NCBI GenBank assembly: GCA_964562515.1
Contig: CAZLTT010000006.1
Location: 1 to 44,745 of the forward strand
DNA length: 44,745 bases
Origin: an uncultured Micavibrio sp.
GTDB taxonomy: Bacteria > Pseudomonadota > Alphaproteobacteria > Micavibrionales > Micavibrionaceae
Reading direction: 5' to 3'
In this document: in pieces, positions 1 to 10,008 of the stretch
Position numbering within the stretch: position 1 is the first letter of the stretch
Layout: each line of letters begins with the position of its first letter
Position numbers and translations under genes: made by a program
Notes under the pieces: model-generated
Databases searched by the model: none
The model's input: the letters and a program-made list of their open reading frames with translations, nothing else
What the model was told of the DNA's origin: nothing

Positions 1-53
1 GGGCTCTCGCAAGCCGAGCATATTCAGGTTCGGGCCATTTAGGATAAGGATTT

Positions 54-575
54 TCAATGTTCTGCCTCATGATGGTTGTGATCATGACCGCCGTTAGGTG
101 TTTCTCCGGGCTTTACGATCTGCACCATGATATCACGACGGTTATTATCATCGAAATATAAAGACATCGGGAATTCGCTACCCACCTTCAAAGGCGCTTT
201 TAATCCGAACAGCATGATGTGATGCCCCATTGGTTCGAGAACGAGAGCATCGTTATTTTTGACTTCGTATTTTTCCACTTCGCGCATCATCATGACATCT
301 CCGTCCATGATGTGAGTGTGCAGCTCGGCACGCTCCGCAACATCTGTTTCTACTGATGTCAGAAAAGATTGCGGCGCGGCATAATCATCCGGCACGCCGT
401 TTTCAAATTGATCTTGTCGGTGAACGGTTAGAAAAACAGCGGCATTTTTTTGTACCGATGTCGTTGCATATGCATAAGGATGTTCAATGCGCAGAAAATC
501 TTGTGATTCTGGTTCTGCCCAGGCAAGGGAAGGTGAAACAATAAATATCGCTAAAAAGCTAAACAGGATTCGCAT
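54..575 (-). CDS. Periplasmic copper chaperone, PCu(A)C family
   Basis: 173 aa. Signal peptide MRILFSFLAIFIVSPSLAWA. Met/His-rich Cu(I)-type region HTHIMDGDVMMMREV ... EPMGHHIML. His-rich C-tail GGHDHNHHEAEH. Confidence 0.7.
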   Translation of the reverse strand: MRILFSFLAIFIVSPSLAWAEPESQDFLRIEHPYAYATTSVQKNAAVFLTVHRQDQFENGVPDDYAAPQSFLTSVETDVAERAELHTHIMDGDVMMMREVEKYEVKNNDALVLEPMGHHIMLFGLKAPLKVGSEFPMSLYFDDNNRRDIMVQIVKPGETPNGGHDHNHHEAEH

Positions 576-606
576 AACGCCTCACAAAAAAATGATGTTG
601 AGAGGT

Positions 607-1230
607 TTATAGCGATCTGGCGGTATTAAACAAGTCCCCGAGCAACGTGCTGGACGGCAAGACGCCGTTCACATGCACCATGATCTCACCATTCACAAGC
701 AGAGTAGGCAAAACCTTACCTTTCAAGGCCTCAAGATTGTCAAAATTATCCTGTAAAGCATCCAAAACTTCCGGACTTTCCATGTCTTTTTCCAGCTGCA
801 CGCTATCAAGCGCGTAGTGAAGAGCGAAATCCGAAATATACATGCTGTCGACGACGCGATATTCATGCATAAAACGATGATGGGCTTCGGTAAACATTTC
901 CGGCTTTTGCATGGCCGCCGCATATACAAGCTTTGCGGCGCTCGCTTCGGGCGTGTCTAATCCTTTTGAGGCAATCGGGCGAGGGATAAGTTTCACCTTT
1001 CCGTCATCTTGTATCGCTTTATCAAGCAGTGGATGAAGTTCTCGACATGAAACACAGGAATAATCGATATAGGCAACAACGTTGATATCGGCGTCCTGAC
1101 CTTCGGGAGCGAAATAGTAACCTTCAGCGGCATTATCCGCGGAAGACAAGGCGATCGCTACCCGCGCGCTATCATAAATGATGTAACCGGCGAGCAGCAG
1201 AACAAGGACAGAAAGTATCCGCAAGAACAT
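607..1230 (-). CDS. DsbA-like thioredoxin-fold thiol:disulfide oxidoreductase (membrane anchored)
   Basis: 207 aa. N-terminal hydrophobic anchor. CxxC active site in YIDYSCVSCRELHP. AAGGAG about 10 nt upstream of the ATG. Confidence 0.7.
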   Translation of the reverse strand: MFLRILSVLVLLLAGYIIYDSARVAIALSSADNAAEGYYFAPEGQDADINVVAYIDYSCVSCRELHPLLDKAIQDDGKVKLIPRPIASKGLDTPEASAAKLVYAAAMQKPEMFTEAHHRFMHEYRVVDSMYISDFALHYALDSVQLEKDMESPEVLDALQDNFDNLEALKGKVLPTLLVNGEIMVHVNGVLPSSTLLGDLFNTARSL

Positions 1231-1250
1231 GGGAGAAGAGCTCCTTAAGC

Positions 1251-2027
1251 TTAGCCGCCTTTAGCGTCTTGTTTTTTACGCTCTTCGGCAATGGCGTTTT
1301 TCAAACCGTCTTCACCAACATAGCCGGGAACAAACGTATCACCAACGATGAACGCAGGTGTTCCGTTAACGCCGATTTCACGCGCGACTTCCGTTACACG
1401 CTCAAGATCTTTTTCGACGACGTCACCTTTTGCATCGGCTTTGGCTTTTTCAACGTCCAGACCGACTTTTTCAGCGAGCTTCGCTAGCTGCTCGTCGTCT
1501 TTGGGGCCGCGATGCTCCATTAACGCTGTGTGGTATTCGAAATATTTGCCCTGCATATGTGCAGCAAGAGCCCATTCTGCAGCCGTGCGGGAAGTTGGGC
1601 CGAGGATAGGCATTTCTTTGAATACGACGCGAACATTCGGATCATCTTTGACGATTTTTTGAATGTCGGGCAAAGCACGTTTGCAATATCCGCAGTTGTA
1701 ATCGAAAAATTCTACGACAGTGATATCGCCTTCAGGATTACCGACAGACGGCGCATCCGCGCGTGTCAGGTACGCTTTGTTATCGACGATCTTTTCGGCC
1801 GCCTGCATTTTTTCACGCTCTTGTTCCTGAGAGCGATATGCTTCAATCGCTTCAATCACGACCGCAGGGTTTTCTTTGAGGTATTCCTGAATGACTTCAC
1901 CGATCGCATCCTTTTGTGCGCTCGAAAAGGCTTCGTCAGCCGCATTGGCCTGCATGGCTGTTACGCCTGCTAATCCTGTAATAATTGTAGTACCCAGTAA
2001 AACTTTACGTTTGATAAGACTTGTCAT
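1251..2027 (-). CDS. DsbA family thiol:disulfide oxidoreductase (secreted)
   Basis: The ORF track gives 1251..2048. I prefer the ATG at 2027 (MTSLIKRK...), which has GGGAGA 6 nt upstream and a signal peptide ending AMQANA. CxxC in FFDYNCGYCKRALP. Confidence 0.75.
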   Translation of the reverse strand: MTSLIKRKVLLGTTIITGLAGVTAMQANAADEAFSSAQKDAIGEVIQEYLKENPAVVIEAIEAYRSQEQEREKMQAAEKIVDNKAYLTRADAPSVGNPEGDITVVEFFDYNCGYCKRALPDIQKIVKDDPNVRVVFKEMPILGPTSRTAAEWALAAHMQGKYFEYHTALMEHRGPKDDEQLAKLAEKVGLDVEKAKADAKGDVVEKDLERVTEVAREIGVNGTPAFIVGDTFVPGYVGEDGLKNAIAEERKKQDAKGG

Positions 2028-2141
2028 TAGAATTCTCCCGTCATTCAAGTCGTTAAACCGCCTCTAACGATATTAGAGCATATACTCTTGCAATAAAGTA
2101 AATTCGTGCGGAATTCGTGAAAAGTTACAAAATTTCTGTGA

Positions 2142-3521
2142 TCAGAGCTGCTCTAAATTGTTGATATGGTTCAAAATATCTTTGGCTTTAATCCATTCGC
2201 GGCTTCCTGTGTCAAATTCTGTCAACGCTGCTTCCGCTTGTGCTTTGGCGTATGGAAGCCGTTGTTGAAGCAATGCTTCTTCTGCCAGATGCAGTTTAGC
2301 CAGACTATCGTGTCCCATCCGCCCGTAGGCTGTCGCGAGTAGACGATGGACACGTGTCGAGTTTTGCTCTTTGATCTGTGCGCGTTCTAAATGGTCGATC
2401 GCCTCTTGCAGGTTAGCATCGCCCTGACCGCTTTCCATTAAGGCATGGGCGAGCGCAACTCGTATCAGGGCAGCATCAGGTAATAACTGTACGGCTTGCT
2501 GATAGTAAGTCACCGCTTCTTGTACTTTTCCAAAATCAACCAACATCTGGGCCTTCAGCTCCAGATAGTAAGGATTATTCATGTCGTCATTGATCAGCTC
2601 TTCTACGCCGCGCATCGCGCTCGGGACATCATTCAGACGATAAGCCGCAATTGTGCGAGCATAGCGCGCGGGCATCGAAACATCTTCATGGGGGTAAAGA
2701 GAGGCGACGCGTTCGGGCGTGGTATATCCGATCAGCTTGGCTTTCATCATGGCATGTTGCTGTACCCAACGCGCAGGATAAGCTTTATCCTTGTGTTCGC
2801 TTTTCTCAATCAGCGTATCAACGGCCTCGATCCGCTTTTGGGTCAAAGGGTGGGTGCGGATATATTCGCTTTGCTGGGAAGAGGGTAAAAGCTCCTGCCC
2901 GCTGAGCTTTTCTAAAAAAGTCGATAGGCCCGTCGGGTTCATTCCGGCCTTGTCCATATAACGGAAAGCGGCCTGATCGGCGCTGGATTCATTGACCCGG
3001 CTATGCGCAAGAAAACGTCGGCCCGCAACGTTTTGTGACCCGCTGATGATTGCGTTCGCCGCTGCACCTTCCCCTGTCAGGGCGGCAAGCCCGATACCGA
3101 GCACAGCCCCTAAAATACTCTCATAGGATGCGCGTTTGATGGCCAATCTGGTTGAAATTAGGTGGCCACCGGCAATGTGACCCAGTTCGTGCGCCATAAC
3201 CCCGATCACTTCACCGGGGGTTTCTGACTTGGTAATCAGGCCGGAATAGAAAAAGATATTGGCTCCGCCGGCAACAAACGCGTTGATTTGATCGCTTTGC
3301 ACCAAAATAATCCGTACACCGCCTTGTCCGACGTTCGAAGCCGATAACAAAGGTTCAGACCATTCACGTAACGTGTTTTCAATCTCTGTGTCCCGAATGA
3401 TCGATAGACGACTCTGGGCATGGCTAGAGGGGTTTGCCCATGTAAAGCTGGTTATAAAGACCAGACAAATCAGCATTCGGGAGAGGTTTGCTTTGAAGTT
3501 TTGCACCATATGTCGCATCAT
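2142..3521 (-). CDS. M48 family zinc metalloprotease with C-terminal TPR repeats (BepA/YfgC-like)
   Basis: 459 aa. Signal peptide. HExxH in MAHELGHIAGGH. The C-terminal half is made of TPR-like helical repeats (YYLELKAQMLVDFGKVQEAVTYYQQAV...). Confidence 0.8.
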   Translation of the reverse strand: MMRHMVQNFKANLSRMLICLVFITSFTWANPSSHAQSRLSIIRDTEIENTLREWSEPLLSASNVGQGGVRIILVQSDQINAFVAGGANIFFYSGLITKSETPGEVIGVMAHELGHIAGGHLISTRLAIKRASYESILGAVLGIGLAALTGEGAAANAIISGSQNVAGRRFLAHSRVNESSADQAAFRYMDKAGMNPTGLSTFLEKLSGQELLPSSQQSEYIRTHPLTQKRIEAVDTLIEKSEHKDKAYPARWVQQHAMMKAKLIGYTTPERVASLYPHEDVSMPARYARTIAAYRLNDVPSAMRGVEELINDDMNNPYYLELKAQMLVDFGKVQEAVTYYQQAVQLLPDAALIRVALAHALMESGQGDANLQEAIDHLERAQIKEQNSTRVHRLLATAYGRMGHDSLAKLHLAEEALLQQRLPYAKAQAEAALTEFDTGSREWIKAKDILNHINNLEQL

Positions 3522-3579
3522 AACTCTGTATTCGGGCTAAATAAACCGGAAGTTAACCGTCTAAGTCATATAAGTTTTT

Positions 3580-3924
3580 ATGTCTCATATTCTAGAATGG
3601 ATCGATTTAATCTGGCTGCCTTTGGGATTATTGGCGGTGCATAAACAGCACCGTCTTTGGGCAATCGGCTTTTTTATCTGCTCAATGGTCATGATGCGTC
3701 TGCAGGTCGAATTCATTGAATCGACGGGCTATGCCAATGGTTTTACAGGTCTGATCGATATGGATGTTCACAGCCGAGGGCAACTAACCTACAGCCTGTT
3801 TTATATGGCATATATTGCACTCGCGATTTACTCCCCGGGGACAAAGGGAACGATCTTTATGGCCGCGACCATATCGATCTTTTTTACAGCAATGTTTGTA
3901 TCCAGTTTCGTGATGGTGATATAG
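3580..3924 (+). CDS. Small integral membrane protein, function unknown
   Basis: 114 aa with 3-4 hydrophobic helices. No recognisable motif and no clear SD. Confidence 0.4.
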   Translation: MSHILEWIDLIWLPLGLLAVHKQHRLWAIGFFICSMVMMRLQVEFIESTGYANGFTGLIDMDVHSRGQLTYSLFYMAYIALAIYSPGTKGTIFMAATISIFFTAMFVSSFVMVI

Positions 3925-3932
3925 AGGCAGGC

Positions 3933-4595
3933 ATGAGACGGAATAAAGCCAAAGAAAAAGTCAAAACCGCGAAGGGCCGTAAAACGGCTTCGACCAACTG
4001 GCTTAAGCGACAGTTAAACGACCCCTATGTCGAAAAGGCAAAAAAAGAGGGGTATCGTGGCCGTGCGGCTTACAAGCTGGTCGAGATGAATGAAAAGCTC
4101 GATATCCTGAAAAAAGGGCAGGTCATCGTTGATCTTGGGGCTGCGCCCGGTGGGTGGTGTCAGGTTGCGACAAAAAAAGGCGCAAAGGTAGTCGCGATTG
4201 ACCTGCTTGAAATGGACGAGCTGACCGATGTTGATTTCATCCAGATGGATTTTATGGATGATGATGCGCCTGACCGTCTTAAGGAGATGATTTCCCAGTA
4301 TAACAGCGATGGTCTTGCCGATTGTGTGCTCTCGGATATGGCGCCGAACACGACAGGGCATAAACAAACCGATCACCTGAAAATCATGGCCGTTGTTGAA
4401 GCTGCGTATTGGTTTGCTAGAGAAGTTTTAAAGCCCGAAGGTGTCTTTATTGCCAAAGTTCGTCAGGGCGGGGCACAGAATACGCTATTGGCGGAAATGA
4501 AGCGCGATTTTAAATCGGTCAAACACATGAAGCCGCCAGCAAGTCGTAAAGAATCCAGTGAGCAGTACCTGATTGCGACAGGCTTTAAGGGCTAG
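3933..4595 (+). CDS. rlmE: 23S rRNA (uridine-2'-O)-methyltransferase RlmE/FtsJ
   Basis: 220 aa. SAM-binding VVDLGAAPGGWCQVA. SDMAPNTTGH motif typical of FtsJ/RlmE. Confidence 0.9.
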   Translation: MRRNKAKEKVKTAKGRKTASTNWLKRQLNDPYVEKAKKEGYRGRAAYKLVEMNEKLDILKKGQVIVDLGAAPGGWCQVATKKGAKVVAIDLLEMDELTDVDFIQMDFMDDDAPDRLKEMISQYNSDGLADCVLSDMAPNTTGHKQTDHLKIMAVVEAAYWFAREVLKPEGVFIAKVRQGGAQNTLLAEMKRDFKSVKHMKPPASRKESSEQYLIATGFKG

Positions 4596-5200
4596 TGAAC
4601 GTAGTCTTCGGGCTCGTATCCACGATCTCTGCGAATGACGTTCTTACGTCCTCCCAGATCGACAAAATCTTTTTTGACCTTTTCGAAAAACTCCTCATCC
4701 ATCAGGCCGTAATCAAATCTTTGCACCTGCTGATCGCGTGACGGAACAGGGCGCAAATCCGCGCTCGGCCATTCGAAAATATTGACCTCATTGCACCGTA
4801 AATAGGATTGTTGGTCATCAAGTCCCAATGCTTTACCGATATTTTTCGGAATTTTGATCGTTGAGGCCTTCATCGCCTTGTTCGGCGCAGTATGCGTAAT
4901 AGGAATGGCAATAACTTCCGTTTTGCCTTCTGCTTTTTTGCTCTCCCCCGCAAACATAATCAGGCATGGTCTGGGCTTATCCGACTCATGGCGCTTAATA
5001 AAGTCTGTATGCCATCTGAAATCGTAATGAATAACCATACCCTGTACAGGTTCAGGCATGCGGACTTTCGGTCTTTTTCCTACCGGTATATCAATCGTAC
5101 GCATTCCCGGACCTGTCGGCAGGTCATCAGGTGTACGGTCTATCTCGCCGCCAGGGAGGCTAAGATCGCCGATTGTCAGTTTGCCTTTAAACTTACTCAT
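4592..5200 (-). CDS. Hypothetical protein with a PemK/MazF-like core flanked by N- and C-terminal extensions
   Basis: 202 aa. The core reads like the MazF/PemK pattern: GMVIHYDFRW...KPRPCLIMF (G-x-I-x-x-x-F ... RP-x-hydrophobic), VIAIPITHT (v-v-v-P-x-T), LGLDDQQSYLRCNEVNIF (gL-x-x-S-x-v-x-c-x-q-i). Its stop shares the palindrome CTAG (4592-4595) with the rlmE stop. Confidence 0.45.
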   Translation of the reverse strand: MSKFKGKLTIGDLSLPGGEIDRTPDDLPTGPGMRTIDIPVGKRPKVRMPEPVQGMVIHYDFRWHTDFIKRHESDKPRPCLIMFAGESKKAEGKTEVIAIPITHTAPNKAMKASTIKIPKNIGKALGLDDQQSYLRCNEVNIFEWPSADLRPVPSRDQQVQRFDYGLMDEEFFEKVKKDFVDLGGRKNVIRRDRGYEPEDYVH

Positions 5201-5229
5201 CTTCTTACGCAGTCAGGAAAGGAGAGGGA

Positions 5230-5388
5230 CTAGCGTCCGCTTTCTTCTTCCTCATCCATATATGTTATTTTGTCAGGGACTTTGCTATCGAGGATAGCCT
5301 GCAATATCTCGTCATCTAACTCCTCAGTCCGCAACACTTGCTTGTTAGGATGGCCGACGGTTGTTCTGAAAGGTTTAAATATACTCAT
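5230..5388 (-). CDS. Unannotated 52-codon ORF (candidate small partner/antitoxin-like protein)
   Basis: My own translation of the minus strand is MSIFKPFRTTVGHPNKQVLRTEELDDEILQAILDSKVPDKITYMDEEEESGR. It has an acidic C-tail and ends 29 nt upstream of the PemK-like gene. It is preceded by a candidate promoter. It falls below the 60-aa cut-off of the ORF track. Confidence 0.35.
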   Translation of the reverse strand: MSIFKPFRTTVGHPNKQVLRTEELDDEILQAILDSKVPDKITYMDEEEESGR

Positions 5389-5410
5389 ATGCGCCCTTAA
5401 AATTTTCCGT

Positions 5411-5439
5411 AATATATGCGTTTAGATTTAAAAATGCAA
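5411..5439 (-). promoter_or_regulatory. Candidate sigma70-type promoter for the 52-codon ORF / PemK-like pair
   Basis: Minus strand reads TTGCAT (5439-5434), a 17-nt spacer, then TATATT (5416-5411). This lies about 22 nt upstream of the ATG at 5388. Confidence 0.45.
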
Positions 5440-5479
5440 ACTTGACGGCTGCAGGTTAGAAAATAGTCACAAAGCGGGG

Positions 5480-6115
5480 TTAATGGACAGGTCCGAATTC
5501 TTCAAAACGGGAGACTTTATCGATTAAGGGCGTCTGGTCGCGTGTGGCCAGAATGACAGTCGGAATATTCGGAAATTCGGCATTCGCCTCTGTCTCCACC
5601 CCTGCTTGATTGGCATTGAGCAACACAGTCAGGTCAATACCGCCGATACGCGTGATGATGGATTTCAACGCCTTAAACCCTTCACGTTCCCGAATGGCGG
5701 AATATGTGTCGATCCTGTCCCCGTCTTGCGCCTGATACCCCAAAGTTACAGGTTTTTGCATACATTCCAGATCTACAAGCAGTGCGCCCTCGATTTGAGA
5801 GAAGTCCACAGCCGTGACGTTGCAATTGGCGGCCTTCTCGCCGAATTCTGCGACAACGTCATTTTGAATACGCTCTCGCAAGATATGTTTCCACCAATTA
5901 TCGAGGTCCAGAGTGATGCGCGGCATGTCGGCAGTCAGGAAAATGATTTTACCCTGCTGTTGTGTAACCATCTTTATGCTGTCGGGCATGGTTTCAGCCA
6001 TCAGGGCGAATTGGTCGTCCATCGCTTTTACGGTGCTGTTGAACGCCCAAATTTCTTCTTCTGTCGGTTCGGCGGAACGCAAAAACGTGTCCGAATAACG
6101 CACAATATTACTCAT
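5480..6115 (-). CDS. Hypothetical protein, no recognisable domain
   Basis: 211 aa with balanced, protein-like composition. AGGGA 6 nt upstream of the ATG. The opposite-strand 178-aa ORF looks like a shadow frame. Confidence 0.6.
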   Translation of the reverse strand: MSNIVRYSDTFLRSAEPTEEEIWAFNSTVKAMDDQFALMAETMPDSIKMVTQQQGKIIFLTADMPRITLDLDNWWKHILRERIQNDVVAEFGEKAANCNVTAVDFSQIEGALLVDLECMQKPVTLGYQAQDGDRIDTYSAIREREGFKALKSIITRIGGIDLTVLLNANQAGVETEANAEFPNIPTVILATRDQTPLIDKVSRFEEFGPVH

Positions 6116-6237
6116 TATCGATCCCTGTTTTTCATAAAATAAGCACGCTTTCCGAGATTTTTCAAGGTTTTGTATCTAGTACTTTACTTCTGATGATTTT
6201 CCGCTATAACTCTCATGCAAATTCAAACACTGGCTAG

Positions 6238-7737
<1,500 letters not shown>

Positions 7738-7815
7738 TTTAACATAAGCTTGCATTTTGCATAATGCGATGTTATAAACCCTGCCACTAATATAAAAAGT
7801 TGAGCAGGTGCAGCT

Positions 7816-8688
7816 ATGACCACGGTTACGGTCATTGGTAAAAACAGCAATTTAGCGCAGTTTCTGGCAAAAAAGCCCGAGACGGCGGATTGGCTATTCT
7901 TGGGTCATGACGAGATCAGCGAGCGTGAGGCTGAAATCCGCGCGAGTGATACGGTCATTAATTTTGCCCTCCATCCCGATGTGGTCGCTACCGGTAAAGT
8001 TACACCGGAAACCGACATCGATTCCCAGCTGGCAGATATGCTTGCTGATACAAATGCGCATTTGATTGTTGCAAGCACGCGCAAAGTCTATGGCGAAAAG
8101 CCGACGAACCCTGAATTGACAACGGATAGCCCTTTGACACCGACCGATGTGTATGGAGAGGGCAAAAAGCAGATTGAAGAAAATGTCCGCGCACACATGC
8201 CGGAAGACCGCCTCACAATTCTACGTTTAACAAATGTTATTGGCTGGAATCACAAAGACCTGTCTCAAAAAGGTTTTGCCGGCTACGTTTTCAATGAGCT
8301 GTGCAATAAGGGTGGCTACATGGAGCTGGACTATGATCCGGAATGTCTGCGTGACTTTTTACCGCAGGAAAAATTCTGTGAAGTCATGGTTGCGATAGCC
8401 AATGACCCGAAAAGCGGCACGTATAATTTTGGCTCTGACCGTCCAATGAAGGTCGGCACGTTGGTCAGCGCATGGACTTACGGCTTTAACGGAATGATGA
8501 TGGTGGACCGCGAGCAAAAGCGTTTCGCCGATGTATACATGCGCAGCAACGAAATCTATCGGGACACCGGTATCCCCTCCATGAGCGAGGATGAAATTAT
8601 CGATACACTGAAATCGGAAGGTAAGGCACTACGTGAGTGGCGCTACCCGAACGGCGTCGATGATATGGAAGTCTGGGGCTTGGCTTAA
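7816..8688 (+). CDS. NAD(P)-dependent SDR-type epimerase/reductase family protein (RmlD-like, divergent)
   Basis: 290 aa. Degenerate N-terminal Rossmann turn (VTVIGKNSNLAQF). YxxxK catalytic pair in DVYGEGKKQIE. Confidence 0.55.
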   Translation: MTTVTVIGKNSNLAQFLAKKPETADWLFLGHDEISEREAEIRASDTVINFALHPDVVATGKVTPETDIDSQLADMLADTNAHLIVASTRKVYGEKPTNPELTTDSPLTPTDVYGEGKKQIEENVRAHMPEDRLTILRLTNVIGWNHKDLSQKGFAGYVFNELCNKGGYMELDYDPECLRDFLPQEKFCEVMVAIANDPKSGTYNFGSDRPMKVGTLVSAWTYGFNGMMMVDREQKRFADVYMRSNEIYRDTGIPSMSEDEIIDTLKSEGKALREWRYPNGVDDMEVWGLA

Positions 8689-8691
8689 TTC

Positions 8692-8725
8692 AAAAAAATC
8701 TCCCGACCGCAAAGGATCGGGAGAT
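8692..8725 (-). terminator. Intrinsic terminator downstream of the OYE gene
   Basis: Minus strand has a 9-bp stem ATCTCCCGA/TCGGGAGAT around a 10-nt loop, followed by TTTTTTT. Confidence 0.6.
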
Positions 8726-8765
8726 AGTGGTGGGGGAGAGAGGAACTTGTAGCTCCGAAACTTTC

Positions 8766-9872
8766 TTAAGCCGCTTTCTCTTTCTTGCTTGATGCGAGCG
8801 CGGGGTAATCCGTATACCCCTCGGCCTCATGCGTGTAGAATGTGCTTTGGTCCGGCTGGTTCAATTCCGCGTCTTGCGCAAAACGTTCAACCAGATCGGG
8901 GTTGGCAATAAAGGGGACGCCATATGCAATTGCATCGGCTTTATCTTCTGCTAACGCTTCATTGCCACTGTCTTTACCGTATCCGCCATTAGCGATGATC
9001 TGCCCTTCGTAAGCATTGCGAACATGCGGAAGAACATAGGGAACGTCTTGGCCGCCGGAGAAAGGGTGCTCCGTGCTGAAAGGTTCGAGAACATGCAGAT
9101 ATGCCAGTTTGTATGCGTTCAGCTTTTTCGCTAAATACACGAAAGTCTCTACAGGGTCGCTGTCATGCATGTCGTTAAAAGCGTTGGTCGGTGAGATACG
9201 AATGCCTGTTCGGCCAGCGCCGATAGCTTCGACAACCGCGTCGACAATTTCTAATACCAGTCGCGCACGATTTTCAATCGTTCCGCCATATTCATCCTCA
9301 CGATGGTTCGAACCATCGCGCAAAAACTGATCGAGCAAATAGCCATTGGCAGCATGGATTTCAACGCCGTCAAAACCGGCACGGATCGCACGCTGTGCGC
9401 CGTCTACATAACTACGGACCAGATCCTGAATTTCGTCCTTCGTCAGGGCGTGCGGCTCTACATAATCTTTCTTACCATCAGGGGTATGAATATATCCGTC
9501 AGCTTTGATGGCCGACGGGGCAACCGGCTGTTTGCCGTCCAGAAAATCAGGATGGCTCACTCGGCCCATATGCCACATCTGTAAGACAATTTTGCCGCCT
9601 TTGTCATGAACGGCCTTGGTTGTTTTCTTCCAACCTTCTTCTTGTTTGTCGCTATACATAGCGGGCGCCTGAACCCATCCATAACCCATCGGATCAATGG
9701 CTGTGGCCTCCGCAATGATCAGACCTGCGCTGGCGCGCTGGCCGTAATATTCGGCAATCAAATCATTGGGCGTACGGTCCTCATCGGCACGGCCACGTGT
9801 AAGCGGGGCCATAAAGATGCGGTTCTTGGCTTCGATATCACCAAGCTTAATTGGGTCAAACAGTGATGTCAT
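8766..9872 (-). CDS. nemA: Old Yellow Enzyme family NADH:flavin oxidoreductase / N-ethylmaleimide reductase
   Basis: 368 aa. NRIFMAPLTR, QRASAGLII, HAANGYLLDQFL, IENRARLVLEIVDAV, IANPDLV and EGYTDYPAL are collinear with E. coli NemA as I remember it. Confidence 0.85.
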   Translation of the reverse strand: MTSLFDPIKLGDIEAKNRIFMAPLTRGRADEDRTPNDLIAEYYGQRASAGLIIAEATAIDPMGYGWVQAPAMYSDKQEEGWKKTTKAVHDKGGKIVLQMWHMGRVSHPDFLDGKQPVAPSAIKADGYIHTPDGKKDYVEPHALTKDEIQDLVRSYVDGAQRAIRAGFDGVEIHAANGYLLDQFLRDGSNHREDEYGGTIENRARLVLEIVDAVVEAIGAGRTGIRISPTNAFNDMHDSDPVETFVYLAKKLNAYKLAYLHVLEPFSTEHPFSGGQDVPYVLPHVRNAYEGQIIANGGYGKDSGNEALAEDKADAIAYGVPFIANPDLVERFAQDAELNQPDQSTFYTHEAEGYTDYPALASSKKEKAA

Positions 9873-9882
9873 GATTTAGTCC

Positions 9883-9990
9883 TTAATGTCGGTTTGTATT
9901 TATTCCGCCGACCAGCCTTATAACTTCTAAAACCATGCCGGGTTGGGGAGCTGTTTCGCGTGCCCAATCATTCTTAAAATTGCTAAGCAT
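9883..9990 (-). CDS. Candidate 35-codon micro-ORF
   Basis: My own translation is MLSNFKNDWARETAPQPGMVLEVIRLVGGINTNRH. AAGGAGG sits 4 nt upstream of the ATG. Its stop overlaps the SD region of nemA. Confidence 0.3.
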   Translation of the reverse strand: MLSNFKNDWARETAPQPGMVLEVIRLVGGINTNRH

Positions 9991-10008
9991 AAAACCTCCT
10001 TGCTTGTT

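Noticed and set aside
5606-6142. A 178-aa plus-strand ORF opposite the 211-aa hypothetical gene.
   Set aside because: Neither frame has homology I recognise. The minus-strand product has normal protein composition and an SD-like site, while the plus-strand product is Cys/His/Phe/Arg-rich. I kept the minus-strand call.
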